Positions 7,876 to 15,877 are shown, numbered from the stretch's first letter. The stretch: 16,468 nucleotides of DNA from Abditibacteriaceae bacterium (GCA_031425655.1 JANPJS010000276.1:1-16468); one strand, 5' to 3'. The notes: generated by a model from the letters alone, not told the origin. Translations and numbers: made by a program.

Positions 7876-8250
7876 ATGGACAACAACAGCAAAACGGTTC
7901 TCGTCGTGGAAGACGACAACAATCAGCGCGAACTTTACGTGGACGAACTGGAAAGCGAAGGCTACAAGGTCGTTACCGCCTCGAATGGCCGCGACGCTTT
8001 AACCGTCGCGCGCGACAACGAACCCGATATCATCGTGCTTGACATCAATATGCCCGGCATGGATGGACTGGACACGCTCAGTCATCTGCTCGAAGTCAAC
8101 CGCCGCACTCCGGTCATCATCAACACGGCGTATGCCAGCTATCAGGATTCGTTTACCTCGTGGAGCGCCGACGCCTACGTGGTCAAAAGCTCCGATCTGA
8201 ACGAGCTAAAAGCCACCATCAAAAAACTGCTGGACAAGAACGCGGATTAA
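7876..8250 (+). CDS. Single-domain response regulator (receiver only)
   Basis: 124 aa; VVEDD acidic pocket, phospho-acceptor LDINMPGMDG, conserved T (INTAY) and K (VVKS). SD ggagg at 7865-7869. No output domain. Confidence 0.93.
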   Translation: MDNNSKTVLVVEDDNNQRELYVDELESEGYKVVTASNGRDALTVARDNEPDIIVLDINMPGMDGLDTLSHLLEVNRRTPVIINTAYASYQDSFTSWSADAYVVKSSDLNELKATIKKLLDKNAD

Positions 8251-8254
8251 CTGC

Positions 8255-8351
8255 GAGTTTTGAGTTTTGAATTTTAAGTTTTGAATTGCCCTACCCAGTC
8301 CGGCAATTTTCAACTTAGAACTCAAAACTCAAAACTCAAAACTCAAAACTT
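8255..8351. repeat. Second inverted heptamer tandem array (GAGTTTT)n ... (AAAACTC)n
   Basis: gagtttt/gaatttt/aagtttt units from 8255, inner IR aattgcc / ggcaatt, then aaaactc units to about 8351. Same unit as 4210-4284. Confidence 0.9.
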
Positions 8352-8364
8352 AGAAAGGCCCGTA

Positions 8365-9759
8365 ATGAACAGCAATTCCGTCGAAAACGATCCCGGCGCC
8401 ATTTACGCCAGCCCCGCCGACATGGCCGCGCCCAGCCCGGTTGATGCCTACGCCCGCCCCGACCAGATTCGCTTCGCACCTTCGATTGCGCGCGGCATCG
8501 CGGCGCGTGGGCAAGGCTCAGCGTTGCAGCAAACGATGGTCATGCTTTTGGCCGGTGGCCAGGGCGAGCGCTTGTATCCGCTTACGCGCGACCGCGCCAA
8601 ACCGGCGGTGCCGATTGGCGGCGTTTATCGCATCATTGATTTCGGTTTGTCCAACTGCATCAACAGCGGAATGCGGCGCATTCTCGTGCTCACGCAATAC
8701 AAATCGTTTTCGCTGCAACGGCACATTCAAGATGCGTGGAATCCGCTTTTCAACCCGGTTTTCGGCGAATACATTGACGTAATTCCACCGCAGCAGCGCA
8801 ACGTCAAACGCTGGTATCAAGGCACGGCGGACGCGATTTTTCAGAACATTTATATGCTCCAACAGGAGCGCCCGGCATTCGTGGTGATTCTCAGTGGCGA
8901 CCATATTTACAAAATGGACTACGCCAAAATGCTGGACTTTCATCTGGCAAAAGGCGCCGATTTAACCGTCAGTTGCACGCGCGTGCCCCTCGCCGAAGCC
9001 TCGCGTTTCGGCATCGCCGGCGCCGACGACAGCGGGCGCATCGTGCGCTTCGTGGAAAAGCCCAAAGACCCGCCGCCCATTCCCCACGACCCCAGTTATT
9101 CTTACGGTTCGATGGGCGTTTACGTTTTCAATACGGACGTTTTGGTGCGGCGCCTGATTGACGACATGAAGCAGGATACCGAACACGATTTCGGCAAAAA
9201 CATCATTCCCGACATGGTGGCAGGCGGCGACAAAGTGTTCGCCTACCCATTCGTGGATGAAAACAAAGGCCCGGACGTTTACTGGCGCGACATCGGCACG
9301 ATTGCCTCGTATTACGACGCCAACATGGATTTGACGCAGGTCAAGCCGCAATTCAACCTTTACGACGACGAGTGGCCGATTCACCGCCGCAACCAGCCCG
9401 GCCCACCCGCCAAAACCATTTCCTACACCGCAGAACACAGCCACACCGGCTCGGCGCGGCGCGCTGAAATCGAAGATTCGCTGCTGGCGACAGGCGTTAT
9501 TATCAGCGGCGCGCAGGTGCGAGGCAGTGTTCTCAGCCCGCGCTGCTTTTTGCACTCGCGGGCGCAAGTCGAAAACAGCATTCTCTTCGACGACGTGGAA
9601 ATCGGGCGCGACTGCCGCATCCGCAACGCGATCATTGACAAGCACGTCAAACTGCCGCCGGGAACTATCATCGGCGAAGACCCAGAAGAAGACGCGCGCC
9701 GCTTCACGGTCAGCGCGGAAGGCATTGTGGTTCTGCCGAGCGGCCTTGTATTGAAATAA
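8365..9759 (+). CDS. glgC: Glucose-1-phosphate adenylyltransferase (ADP-glucose pyrophosphorylase)
   Basis: LAGGQGERLYPLTRDRAKPAVP, WYQGTADA, LSGDHIYKMDY, FVEKP, SMGVYVF, DFGKNIIP, YWRDIGT, and a C-terminal beta-helix. ATG 8365 follows gaaagg; the TTG start at 8281 only translates the repeat. Confidence 0.96.
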   Translation: MNSNSVENDPGAIYASPADMAAPSPVDAYARPDQIRFAPSIARGIAARGQGSALQQTMVMLLAGGQGERLYPLTRDRAKPAVPIGGVYRIIDFGLSNCINSGMRRILVLTQYKSFSLQRHIQDAWNPLFNPVFGEYIDVIPPQQRNVKRWYQGTADAIFQNIYMLQQERPAFVVILSGDHIYKMDYAKMLDFHLAKGADLTVSCTRVPLAEASRFGIAGADDSGRIVRFVEKPKDPPPIPHDPSYSYGSMGVYVFNTDVLVRRLIDDMKQDTEHDFGKNIIPDMVAGGDKVFAYPFVDENKGPDVYWRDIGTIASYYDANMDLTQVKPQFNLYDDEWPIHRRNQPGPPAKTISYTAEHSHTGSARRAEIEDSLLATGVIISGAQVRGSVLSPRCFLHSRAQVENSILFDDVEIGRDCRIRNAIIDKHVKLPPGTIIGEDPEEDARRFTVSAEGIVVLPSGLVLK

Positions 9760-9762
9760 TTT

Positions 9763-9840
9763 TTCACCGCCTTGCCCAGAGGGCACCCAAACGCCGAGGG
9801 CGCAGAGATTTAATTATCTCTGCGCCCTCTGCGTTTTTGG
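9763..9840. repeat. Second CACCGC..CGCAGAG-family palindrome, interrupted by a micro-hairpin
   Basis: 21-bp IR with 1 mismatch (9789-9809 / 9816-9836, loop ttaatt) resembling 921-997. The leading ttcaccgc is separated from the stem by cttgcccagagggcacc. Confidence 0.75.
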
Positions 9841-9847
9841 AGTCAAT

Positions 9848-10081
9848 CATCTTACGCAGTAGGATTTGTTTGATAGGCGCAACGAGCGGCTTCGCCGCTC
9901 CCGGAAACCCCCACCCCCCTTGGTAAGGGGGCTAAAGAGATCATGCTACTGCACAAAGTTGCGTTTGGCTCGTGCCGCAGCGTATCAATTTAGCCCCCTT
10001 ATCAAGGGGGTTGGGGGTTTCCGGGAGCGGCGAAGCCGCTCTACACACCGCTTACTATTAGTCCATCGCGTAAGGTGGGAT
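9848..10081. mobile_element. MITE-like element with 53-bp internal inverted repeats
   Basis: IRs 9884-9936 and 9989-10041 (2 mismatches in 53 bp), each made of hairpin gagcggcttcgccgctc and hairpin ccccctt-N3-aaggggg. Outer cttacgc / gcgtaag IR. Flanking direct repeat agtcaat at 9841-9847 and 10082-10088. Confidence 0.75.
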
Positions 10082-10087
10082 AGTCAA

Positions 10088-11647
10088 TTAAAATTTTCCA
10101 AACAAAAATCTTTGCGAAGGAATGCCCCCTACGCTCAATGTGGAGCCGTGCAGCCCTGCCCAACCTTCGCCGGACAACACCTGCACTTTGCCGTAGCCTT
10201 CGATGGGCGGCGTTACTAAATTCACGCCTTCTTCGGGTTCATGTGCTGCTTGCGACAAACCGCGAAAAATCAACACATAGCCGCTCTCTCCATCCGCTGC
10301 AATCGAAACAAATCCCGTCCAGCCAGTGCCGTCGGGCGCGCTGCCAATCGGGTAAATGGTGCCGCCGAAAATCGCGTCGCGGTGCTGTTTCCAAATCTCG
10401 ACTAAGGGCGCAACGCTTTCGATATAACTTTGCGGCAAATTCGAGACTTCAAACCAGCCAAGAGGGTTGGAAAACATCACGGTCGCAAACAGATAATCGG
10501 GCGCATAAGTGGCGGGCGCCAAAGGATCGTTCGCGTAAAGCTGCGCATTGCGCGCGTTGTTCAAAAACTCGAAGCGCAGCCGCGCCGGGTCAACCCACTG
10601 CGCTAATTTCCACAAATTGCGCAGCGTGAAATGCGGCCAGTAGCGATGCCAATCGGTGTAGCGGTTTTCCACGAAAAGCGGGCCGGTATCCATGCTGCCC
10701 CAGTAGCCGGGCCGAATTTCCGCCGTCACGTCCAAATCGAAAATCACACGATGATTCGATTCGCGCAAAACCGTTTCAAAAAACCGCCGCAAATTGGCTT
10801 CGCCCGTCGAAGTTTCGGCCTTTACGCCGTCAATTTTGAAGTAATTGACACCAAGTTCGCGGTGCAAGCCCAGAATCGCGTCGGCATCGCGCTCCCAGTT
10901 CGCAAAATCATCGGCGGAATCGGGCGCGAACCACAAACCGAACTGCATTCCGCGTTGGCGCGCGGCTTCGATAAGCGGCTCCAAACCATTCGGAAAGCGT
11001 TCCTCGTTCACGTCCCAGAACTGCGCGTTGGCGGCCCAGAAACCAATCCAAACGCCGCCCGCTTCGGCGGAATTCGCGGTGCGGCCCTTTTGCCAGCCGT
11101 CGTCAATTTGAATGACCTCGACGCCTAATCGCGCGCCCGCTTCGATTTCCAAGAGCATGAATTCTTCGTTGACACGAGCATCGCGCGAGCGGTCGCCCCA
11201 CGTATTCGAGAGGAACAATCCATCACGCCCCGGCACAAACGGACGCACTTCGCGCTGATAATTTTGCAGCGCCCGCTGAGCGCCAAAACGACCGCCGGTA
11301 AAGGGCAGTTGCACCCATTCGTAGCCGTTTCTATGCAAGGTCACCATATCGTCGCGCCACGAAAAATCTACAGCGCCAGGTTCAGGCCGCGCGTGCGGCA
11401 ACGGCCCGCGTTTAAGGTAAACCGTGCCCTCGCCGAGCAGCGTGTTTTCCAGCACAAACAGGTTGCCGCACAACGCCAGTTTCTCGGCGGGATGCAACAG
11501 CCATTCGCGCTCGTGAACCAGTTCGTTATGCACGTCGGTCTGGTCTTTGAATTCGATTTGCGTCAGGCGCAGATGCGGCCAAGTCGCACTGCCCGGCTTC
11601 TCAGCACTTAGCGGATCGCGTTCGACGCCGGTGGGATTGGTGCTCAT
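10088..11647 (-). CDS. Alpha-galactosidase-like glycoside hydrolase (clan GH-D, GH36-like)
   Basis: NTWGD, IQIDDGWQ, RFPNGL, FGLWFAP and FKIDG (nucleophile Asp) motifs. Start ATG 11647 overlaps the upstream TGA (ATGA); 519 aa. Confidence 0.8.
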   Translation of the reverse strand: MSTNPTGVERDPLSAEKPGSATWPHLRLTQIEFKDQTDVHNELVHEREWLLHPAEKLALCGNLFVLENTLLGEGTVYLKRGPLPHARPEPGAVDFSWRDDMVTLHRNGYEWVQLPFTGGRFGAQRALQNYQREVRPFVPGRDGLFLSNTWGDRSRDARVNEEFMLLEIEAGARLGVEVIQIDDGWQKGRTANSAEAGGVWIGFWAANAQFWDVNEERFPNGLEPLIEAARQRGMQFGLWFAPDSADDFANWERDADAILGLHRELGVNYFKIDGVKAETSTGEANLRRFFETVLRESNHRVIFDLDVTAEIRPGYWGSMDTGPLFVENRYTDWHRYWPHFTLRNLWKLAQWVDPARLRFEFLNNARNAQLYANDPLAPATYAPDYLFATVMFSNPLGWFEVSNLPQSYIESVAPLVEIWKQHRDAIFGGTIYPIGSAPDGTGWTGFVSIAADGESGYVLIFRGLSQAAHEPEEGVNLVTPPIEGYGKVQVLSGEGWAGLHGSTLSVGGIPSQRFLFGKF

Positions 11648-12471
11648 AGTTTGGGGAATAAATCGCGCACTTCGCGGCGCAGTTCGAGGTATTCGGGCGT
11701 GGCCGAAATGCCGTGGCGCCACGCCAAGCCGCGTTCGATGAGATTGAAACTGGCCTGCACACGCGCGCCGGGAATCGGATCGCCTTTTTCGTCGCGGTCG
11801 CGGCCTAAAATCCACAGCGTATCGGCGACTTCGATGGCCGCGCTCACGTCGTGCGTCACCACGATAAAAGTTTTCAATTCGTGCGTTTGCGCCATGTCGC
11901 CGATGAAATGGATTACGCGCTCTTGCGCCAGCAAATCGAGGCCGGAAAACGGCTCATCCATCAGCAAAAAGTATTCGCTGCACATGAATTGCTGGGCAAT
12001 CGCCACGCGCTGGCGCTGACCACCCGAAAGCTGCGCCGGATACTTTGAGGCTTGCTCTTCGATGCCGAATTGCTTCAGCAAGTCCTCAGCTTTGGCGCTT
12101 AACGCCGAGCCACTCAAACCGCCCTGCTTGCCGGCGACGTGCAAATTGCCGCGCACCGTGCGGTGCGCGAAAAGCGGATAATTTTGCGCCACCACGCCGA
12201 CCATGCCGCGCTCGACAGGACGCTGCTCCTCACCGACCAAAACTTCTCCGCTGTCGGGTTTCATCAAGCCGGCAAGCACGCGAAACAGCGTGGTTTTGCC
12301 CATGCCCGACGGCCCGACAAGCGCCACAACCTGTCCCTGCTGCATTCCGGGCCGCACGATATTTTTAATTTCCAAATGGCAATCGCGTAGAATCGGCACG
12401 TCGCCGTAAGCGACGTTTACGCCGTCGAGTTTGAGCAGCGTTTCGCGCAGTTCGTAGGAAAAATCGGTCAT
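11644..12471 (-). CDS. ABC transporter ATP-binding protein, NitT/TauT-like
   Basis: Walker A GPSGMGKT, signature LSGGQRQR, Walker B LLMDEPFSGLD, H-loop VTHD. ATG 12471 overlaps the permease TGA and follows GGAG. Confidence 0.93.
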   Translation of the reverse strand: MTDFSYELRETLLKLDGVNVAYGDVPILRDCHLEIKNIVRPGMQQGQVVALVGPSGMGKTTLFRVLAGLMKPDSGEVLVGEEQRPVERGMVGVVAQNYPLFAHRTVRGNLHVAGKQGGLSGSALSAKAEDLLKQFGIEEQASKYPAQLSGGQRQRVAIAQQFMCSEYFLLMDEPFSGLDLLAQERVIHFIGDMAQTHELKTFIVVTHDVSAAIEVADTLWILGRDRDEKGDPIPGARVQASFNLIERGLAWRHGISATPEYLELRREVRDLFPKL

Positions 12472-13436
12472 TTGCGCTCCAGAGTCAAATCGGCATACGG
12501 GCAAACGAAACGGCGCAGCGCGACGATGCCGTAATCTTGCAGAATTCCGACCGCGAGAATCACGAACTGAATCGCGTAAATTCCGGCGTAATTGGTGTAT
12601 TTTTGCTGGTTAAGCAGCGCCACCCCGACGCCGCCCTGCGAACGCACAAGGCCTTCGACCATTGTCAGCATCATCCATCCGATTGCAGCGTTCTGGCGCA
12701 GCACATCCAAAGCTTTATCCGCGGTGCCCAAAATCACGACTTCCCAGACCACGCGCCATTCGCTCATACGCAGCGTGCGCGCGTGGTCGAATTGCTCTTT
12801 GGGAATCGCGGCCACAACCGAAGCCATCGAAGTGACGTAAAACACCGTCACGCCGAAAACCATCATGGCGGTTTGAATTTTCCGATCTTCCTTCAACGTC
12901 AAAGTCAGAATAACGGTCAATCCGACCATGCTGAGAAAACGCGCTTTGGCGACGGCTGCCGTAATCGGGCGAAAAATGGGAATGACCGACACGTAAGCCA
13001 AGCCGAGCGAAACCAGCGAGGCTAAAACCAGCGATTTAAAATTGAGATTGAAACTGCGCGCCAAATCCTGCCCTAAACCCTGCGTCATCCACAGCTTTTG
13101 CAGTTCGGCCAGCACTTCGCCGGGCTGTGGCAGCACTTTATAGGGCGACATGACCCAAAGCGCCAAAAAGATGGCGACTTCGACGGCGATAATAACCGCC
13201 ATCGCCGAAGGCCGCAACGCACGATTGGGCAAAAACGCGTCGAAAAACGTGAGGTGCGGGCGCGTTTTGGCGGACGCGCCGCTTTCTTTGACATCGCGCG
13301 CTTTTAAATCGCCGACACGCAGCGCATCGCTGCTATGCGCGCCGGTGACGACAACCGGCGCAGGAGAAGAGTTTTCGGCAGCAGAGCTACCTTCGGGCGC
13401 CGGGTTTTCCGACGGAGCAGATTCGGGTGTATTCAT
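12468..13436 (-). CDS. ABC transporter permease, NitT/TauT-like
   Basis: 322 aa with about 6 hydrophobic segments, LPQPGEV motif, EAA-loop-like DHARTLRMSEW, and GGVG. Low-complexity N-terminal extension, so the start is uncertain. Confidence 0.85.
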   Translation of the reverse strand: MNTPESAPSENPAPEGSSAAENSSPAPVVVTGAHSSDALRVGDLKARDVKESGASAKTRPHLTFFDAFLPNRALRPSAMAVIIAVEVAIFLALWVMSPYKVLPQPGEVLAELQKLWMTQGLGQDLARSFNLNFKSLVLASLVSLGLAYVSVIPIFRPITAAVAKARFLSMVGLTVILTLTLKEDRKIQTAMMVFGVTVFYVTSMASVVAAIPKEQFDHARTLRMSEWRVVWEVVILGTADKALDVLRQNAAIGWMMLTMVEGLVRSQGGVGVALLNQQKYTNYAGIYAIQFVILAVGILQDYGIVALRRFVCPYADLTLERK

Positions 13437-13514
13437 GGGAAGAAGCCGAAACGCGGCCTGCTCGCTATTTTATCTGATCCAGAAGCAAAAAGCGGGGCTT
13501 GCGCCCACTTCCAC

Positions 13515-13732
13515 CAGGGCAATCGCATGAGGATTTTTCGGTGTTTCCCAGAATGGCCCGGCGAATAAATTCGCGGCAACAACTCGGCAAAGTCCACCTT
13601 CGTGGACTCTTTTCTGAGTTTTTAGTCGCCGCAGGGCGACTTCGGGTGCCCTTTGGGCAGGGCGTGGTTGCCGCGAATTTATTCGCCCGGCACTCAGGCA
13701 AGCCTCCGAAAAATCCTCATGCGTTTGCCCTG
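13515..13732. mobile_element. Long (218 bp) CAGGGC-ended MITE with nested palindromes
   Basis: 27-bp TIR with 1 mismatch (cagggcaa[t/a]cgcatgaggatttttcgg), extending imperfectly to about 69 bp including a perfect 21-bp ggcgaataaattcgcggcaac. Inner hairpins at 13591-13608 and 13624-13641. Flanks ccacttccac (13505-13514) and ccactttcac (13733-13742). Confidence 0.88.
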
Positions 13733-13796
13733 CCACTTTCACAGGGCAATTGCACCACTTGAGCTAAACGAAATTGCGGATACCGGGCGCTTGATT

Positions 13797-13805
13797 TGTT
13801 ATAAC
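13797..13805. promoter_or_regulatory. Putative extended -10 element, palindromic and possibly bidirectional
   Basis: TGtTATAAC ends 8 nt before ATG 13814, which has no SD. GTTATAAC is self-complementary, so TATAAC is present on both strands between divergent genes. Confidence 0.35.
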
Positions 13806-13813
13806 GCTTTGCG

Positions 13814-15007
13814 ATGATTGGACAGCGAATCAAGTCGGGCGAAAACTTTCGTGCCGCCATTGACAGCCTGCGAACTTACGCGCTGGCGTTGTTGGTTTCG
13901 CGCCCGGTTTTGCGCGCCGCGCGCGGCGTGCAGCGCGTGGAAATCGCGGGCGGCGACTTAAAACGCTTGCGCGCTTTGCGCGGTGAGCGGCTGGTTTTAA
14001 CGCCAAATCATCCGACCAACACCGATCCGGCGCTGATGTTTGAATTGTCACGCCGCGCCCAAATGCCGTTTCATTATCTGTGCTGCCGCGAAGCGTTCGA
14101 TCACTGGAACGGCTTGTGGGGCGCGATGATTCAGCGCATCGGAGCCTATTCCGTGGTGCGCGGCACCGCCGACCGCGCTTCGTTCGCTTACACGCGCGAA
14201 GTGCTGGCGCGTCCGGGCGCGAAGCTGGTTTTGTTCCCCGAAGGCGAGGTGTATTCACAAAACGATTCGCTGCTGCCGTTTCAAACCGGCGCGATTCAAC
14301 TGGCGCTGTGGGGCCGCGATGCCGCGCGCAAAAACGAGCCGGGCGCGCAGGTTTCGCTGTTGCCGTGTGCGCTACGCTACCGTTTTTTGCGCGACGTGAA
14401 ACCCGTTTTGCATCAAAAATTGGCGCGTTTGGAAGACCATTTGGAAATGCCGCCGGGGCCGCCCGATCTTTATGTGCGGATGCGGAGTGTGGCGATTCGG
14501 ATTTTCGAGAACGTGGAGCGCGAATACGACCTCCATCCCGCACCCGGCGATGCCCTGACGGCGCGGCTTGAAACCGCCAAAGAAGCCGCTTTAGCGCGAG
14601 CCGCGCACTTTTTCGGCATCAACAAGCCGCCGCGCGGCACCCTACCCGAACGGATGCGCGCGTTGCTTCACGAAGTCGAGGAAGCCATGCACGAACTGGA
14701 ACAGGAACCGTCGCAACACGCTGAGCGCACACGCCTCGCGTGGCGAGATTTGCAGCGATTAGCCAATTGGCTGGCGATTTACGATGGTTACGCTGGCCAG
14801 TCGCCGACTCAGGAACACATCGCCGAAGTCATTTATCGCTTGGAAGTCGAAGAATTCGGCCAGGCGACCTACGCTGGTATTCGTATCGCCAGCGTGCGCA
14901 TCGGCAAGCCCATACCATTGCCGGAAACCGTCGCCCGGCGCGATTTGCCGGCCTTGACGCTACAGCTCGAACAAGCGGTCGCGGCATTGCTGCGCCGCCC
15001 GGTCTAA
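13814..15007 (+). CDS. Phospholipid/glycerol acyltransferase (PlsC superfamily)
   Basis: 397 aa; catalytic HX4D motif NHPTNTD, GAYSVVRG, LVLFPEGE, a helical insertion, and RIGKPI near the C-terminus. Confidence 0.87.
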   Translation: MIGQRIKSGENFRAAIDSLRTYALALLVSRPVLRAARGVQRVEIAGGDLKRLRALRGERLVLTPNHPTNTDPALMFELSRRAQMPFHYLCCREAFDHWNGLWGAMIQRIGAYSVVRGTADRASFAYTREVLARPGAKLVLFPEGEVYSQNDSLLPFQTGAIQLALWGRDAARKNEPGAQVSLLPCALRYRFLRDVKPVLHQKLARLEDHLEMPPGPPDLYVRMRSVAIRIFENVEREYDLHPAPGDALTARLETAKEAALARAAHFFGINKPPRGTLPERMRALLHEVEEAMHELEQEPSQHAERTRLAWRDLQRLANWLAIYDGYAGQSPTQEHIAEVIYRLEVEEFGQATYAGIRIASVRIGKPIPLPETVARRDLPALTLQLEQAVAALLRRPV

Positions 15008-15028
15008 CACTTGCAAAGGAATTTATTC

Positions 15029-15877
15029 ATGAACACAAACAATTCGGCAGTCCCGACGATTGCCCTCAACAACGGCGTCAAAATCCCACAGGTTGGTCTG
15101 GGCGTGTGGCAGGCCAAAGAAGGTTCGGAAGTCGAAGCGGCTGTCTTGTCCGCGTTGGAAAGCGGCTATCGCCTTATTGATACGGCAGCCATTTACGGCA
15201 ACGAAGTCGGCGTCGGCAAAGCCATCAAAGCCAGCGGTTTGGCGCGCGAGGACGTTTTCATCACCACCAAATTGTGGAACGCCAACCACGCTTACGAAGA
15301 CGCTTTGCGCGCCTTCGACGAAAGCGTGGCTAAGCTTGATTGCGGCTACGTTGACCTGTATTTAATCCACTGGCCTCTGCCGATGGACGGTCTTTTCACC
15401 GAAGCGTGGAAAGCTCTGGAAAAGCTCTACGACGACAAGCGAGTGCGCGCGATTGGCGTTTCCAACTTCAAAACGCACCATTTAGACGCCCTTTTGGAAA
15501 CGGCGCACATCGTTCCCGCAATCAATCAAATTGAGCTGCATCCGATGCTGCAACAACAGGAAACGCGCATTTACTGCGAAGAGCGCGACATCGAAATCGA
15601 ATCTTACAGCCCTCTAATGCGCGGCGGCGATGGTTTAGAGCATCCCGCCATTGTGAGCCTCGCGCAGCAACACGGCAGGACGCCGGCTCAGATCATCTTG
15701 CGCTGGCACGTCCAAAGCGGCTTTATCGTCATCCCCAAATCCGTGACGCCGCAGCGCATTCAGGAAAACCTCGCGCTTTTCGACTTTGAACTATCCGAAA
15801 ACGATATGCAAGTGATCGAAGGCATGGAAACCGGCCACCGCATCGGCGCCGATCCCGATACTGCCGCTTTCAAATAA
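15029..15877 (+). CDS. Aldo/keto reductase (2,5-diketo-D-gluconate reductase-like)
   Basis: Catalytic tetrad in IDTAAIYGNE, TTKLW and LIHWP; also IGVSNF, NQIELHP and IPKS. ATG 15029 follows aagga. Confidence 0.93.
   Translation: MNTNNSAVPTIALNNGVKIPQVGLGVWQAKEGSEVEAAVLSALESGYRLIDTAAIYGNEVGVGKAIKASGLAREDVFITTKLWNANHAYEDALRAFDESVAKLDCGYVDLYLIHWPLPMDGLFTEAWKALEKLYDDKRVRAIGVSNFKTHHLDALLETAHIVPAINQIELHPMLQQQETRIYCEERDIEIESYSPLMRGGDGLEHPAIVSLAQQHGRTPAQIILRWHVQSGFIVIPKSVTPQRIQENLALFDFELSENDMQVIEGMETGHRIGADPDTAAFK

Noticed and set aside
7737..8042. 101-aa ORF starting MRLPW as a transposase remnant
   Set aside because: It starts inside the MITE terminal repeat and overlaps the receiver gene out of frame; no DDE motifs.
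8281..8364. ORF-track N-terminal extension of GlgC
   Set aside because: It is a translation of the heptamer repeat (TQNSKLKTQN); the SD supports ATG 8365.
9866..10219. 117-aa ORF, and ORFs within 13465-13762
   Set aside because: These are translations of palindromic repeat DNA with no independent coding evidence.
11648..11815. ORF-track N-terminal extension of the GH36-like gene
   Set aside because: It overlaps the ABC ATPase in another frame; the ATGA-coupled start at 11647 is more plausible.
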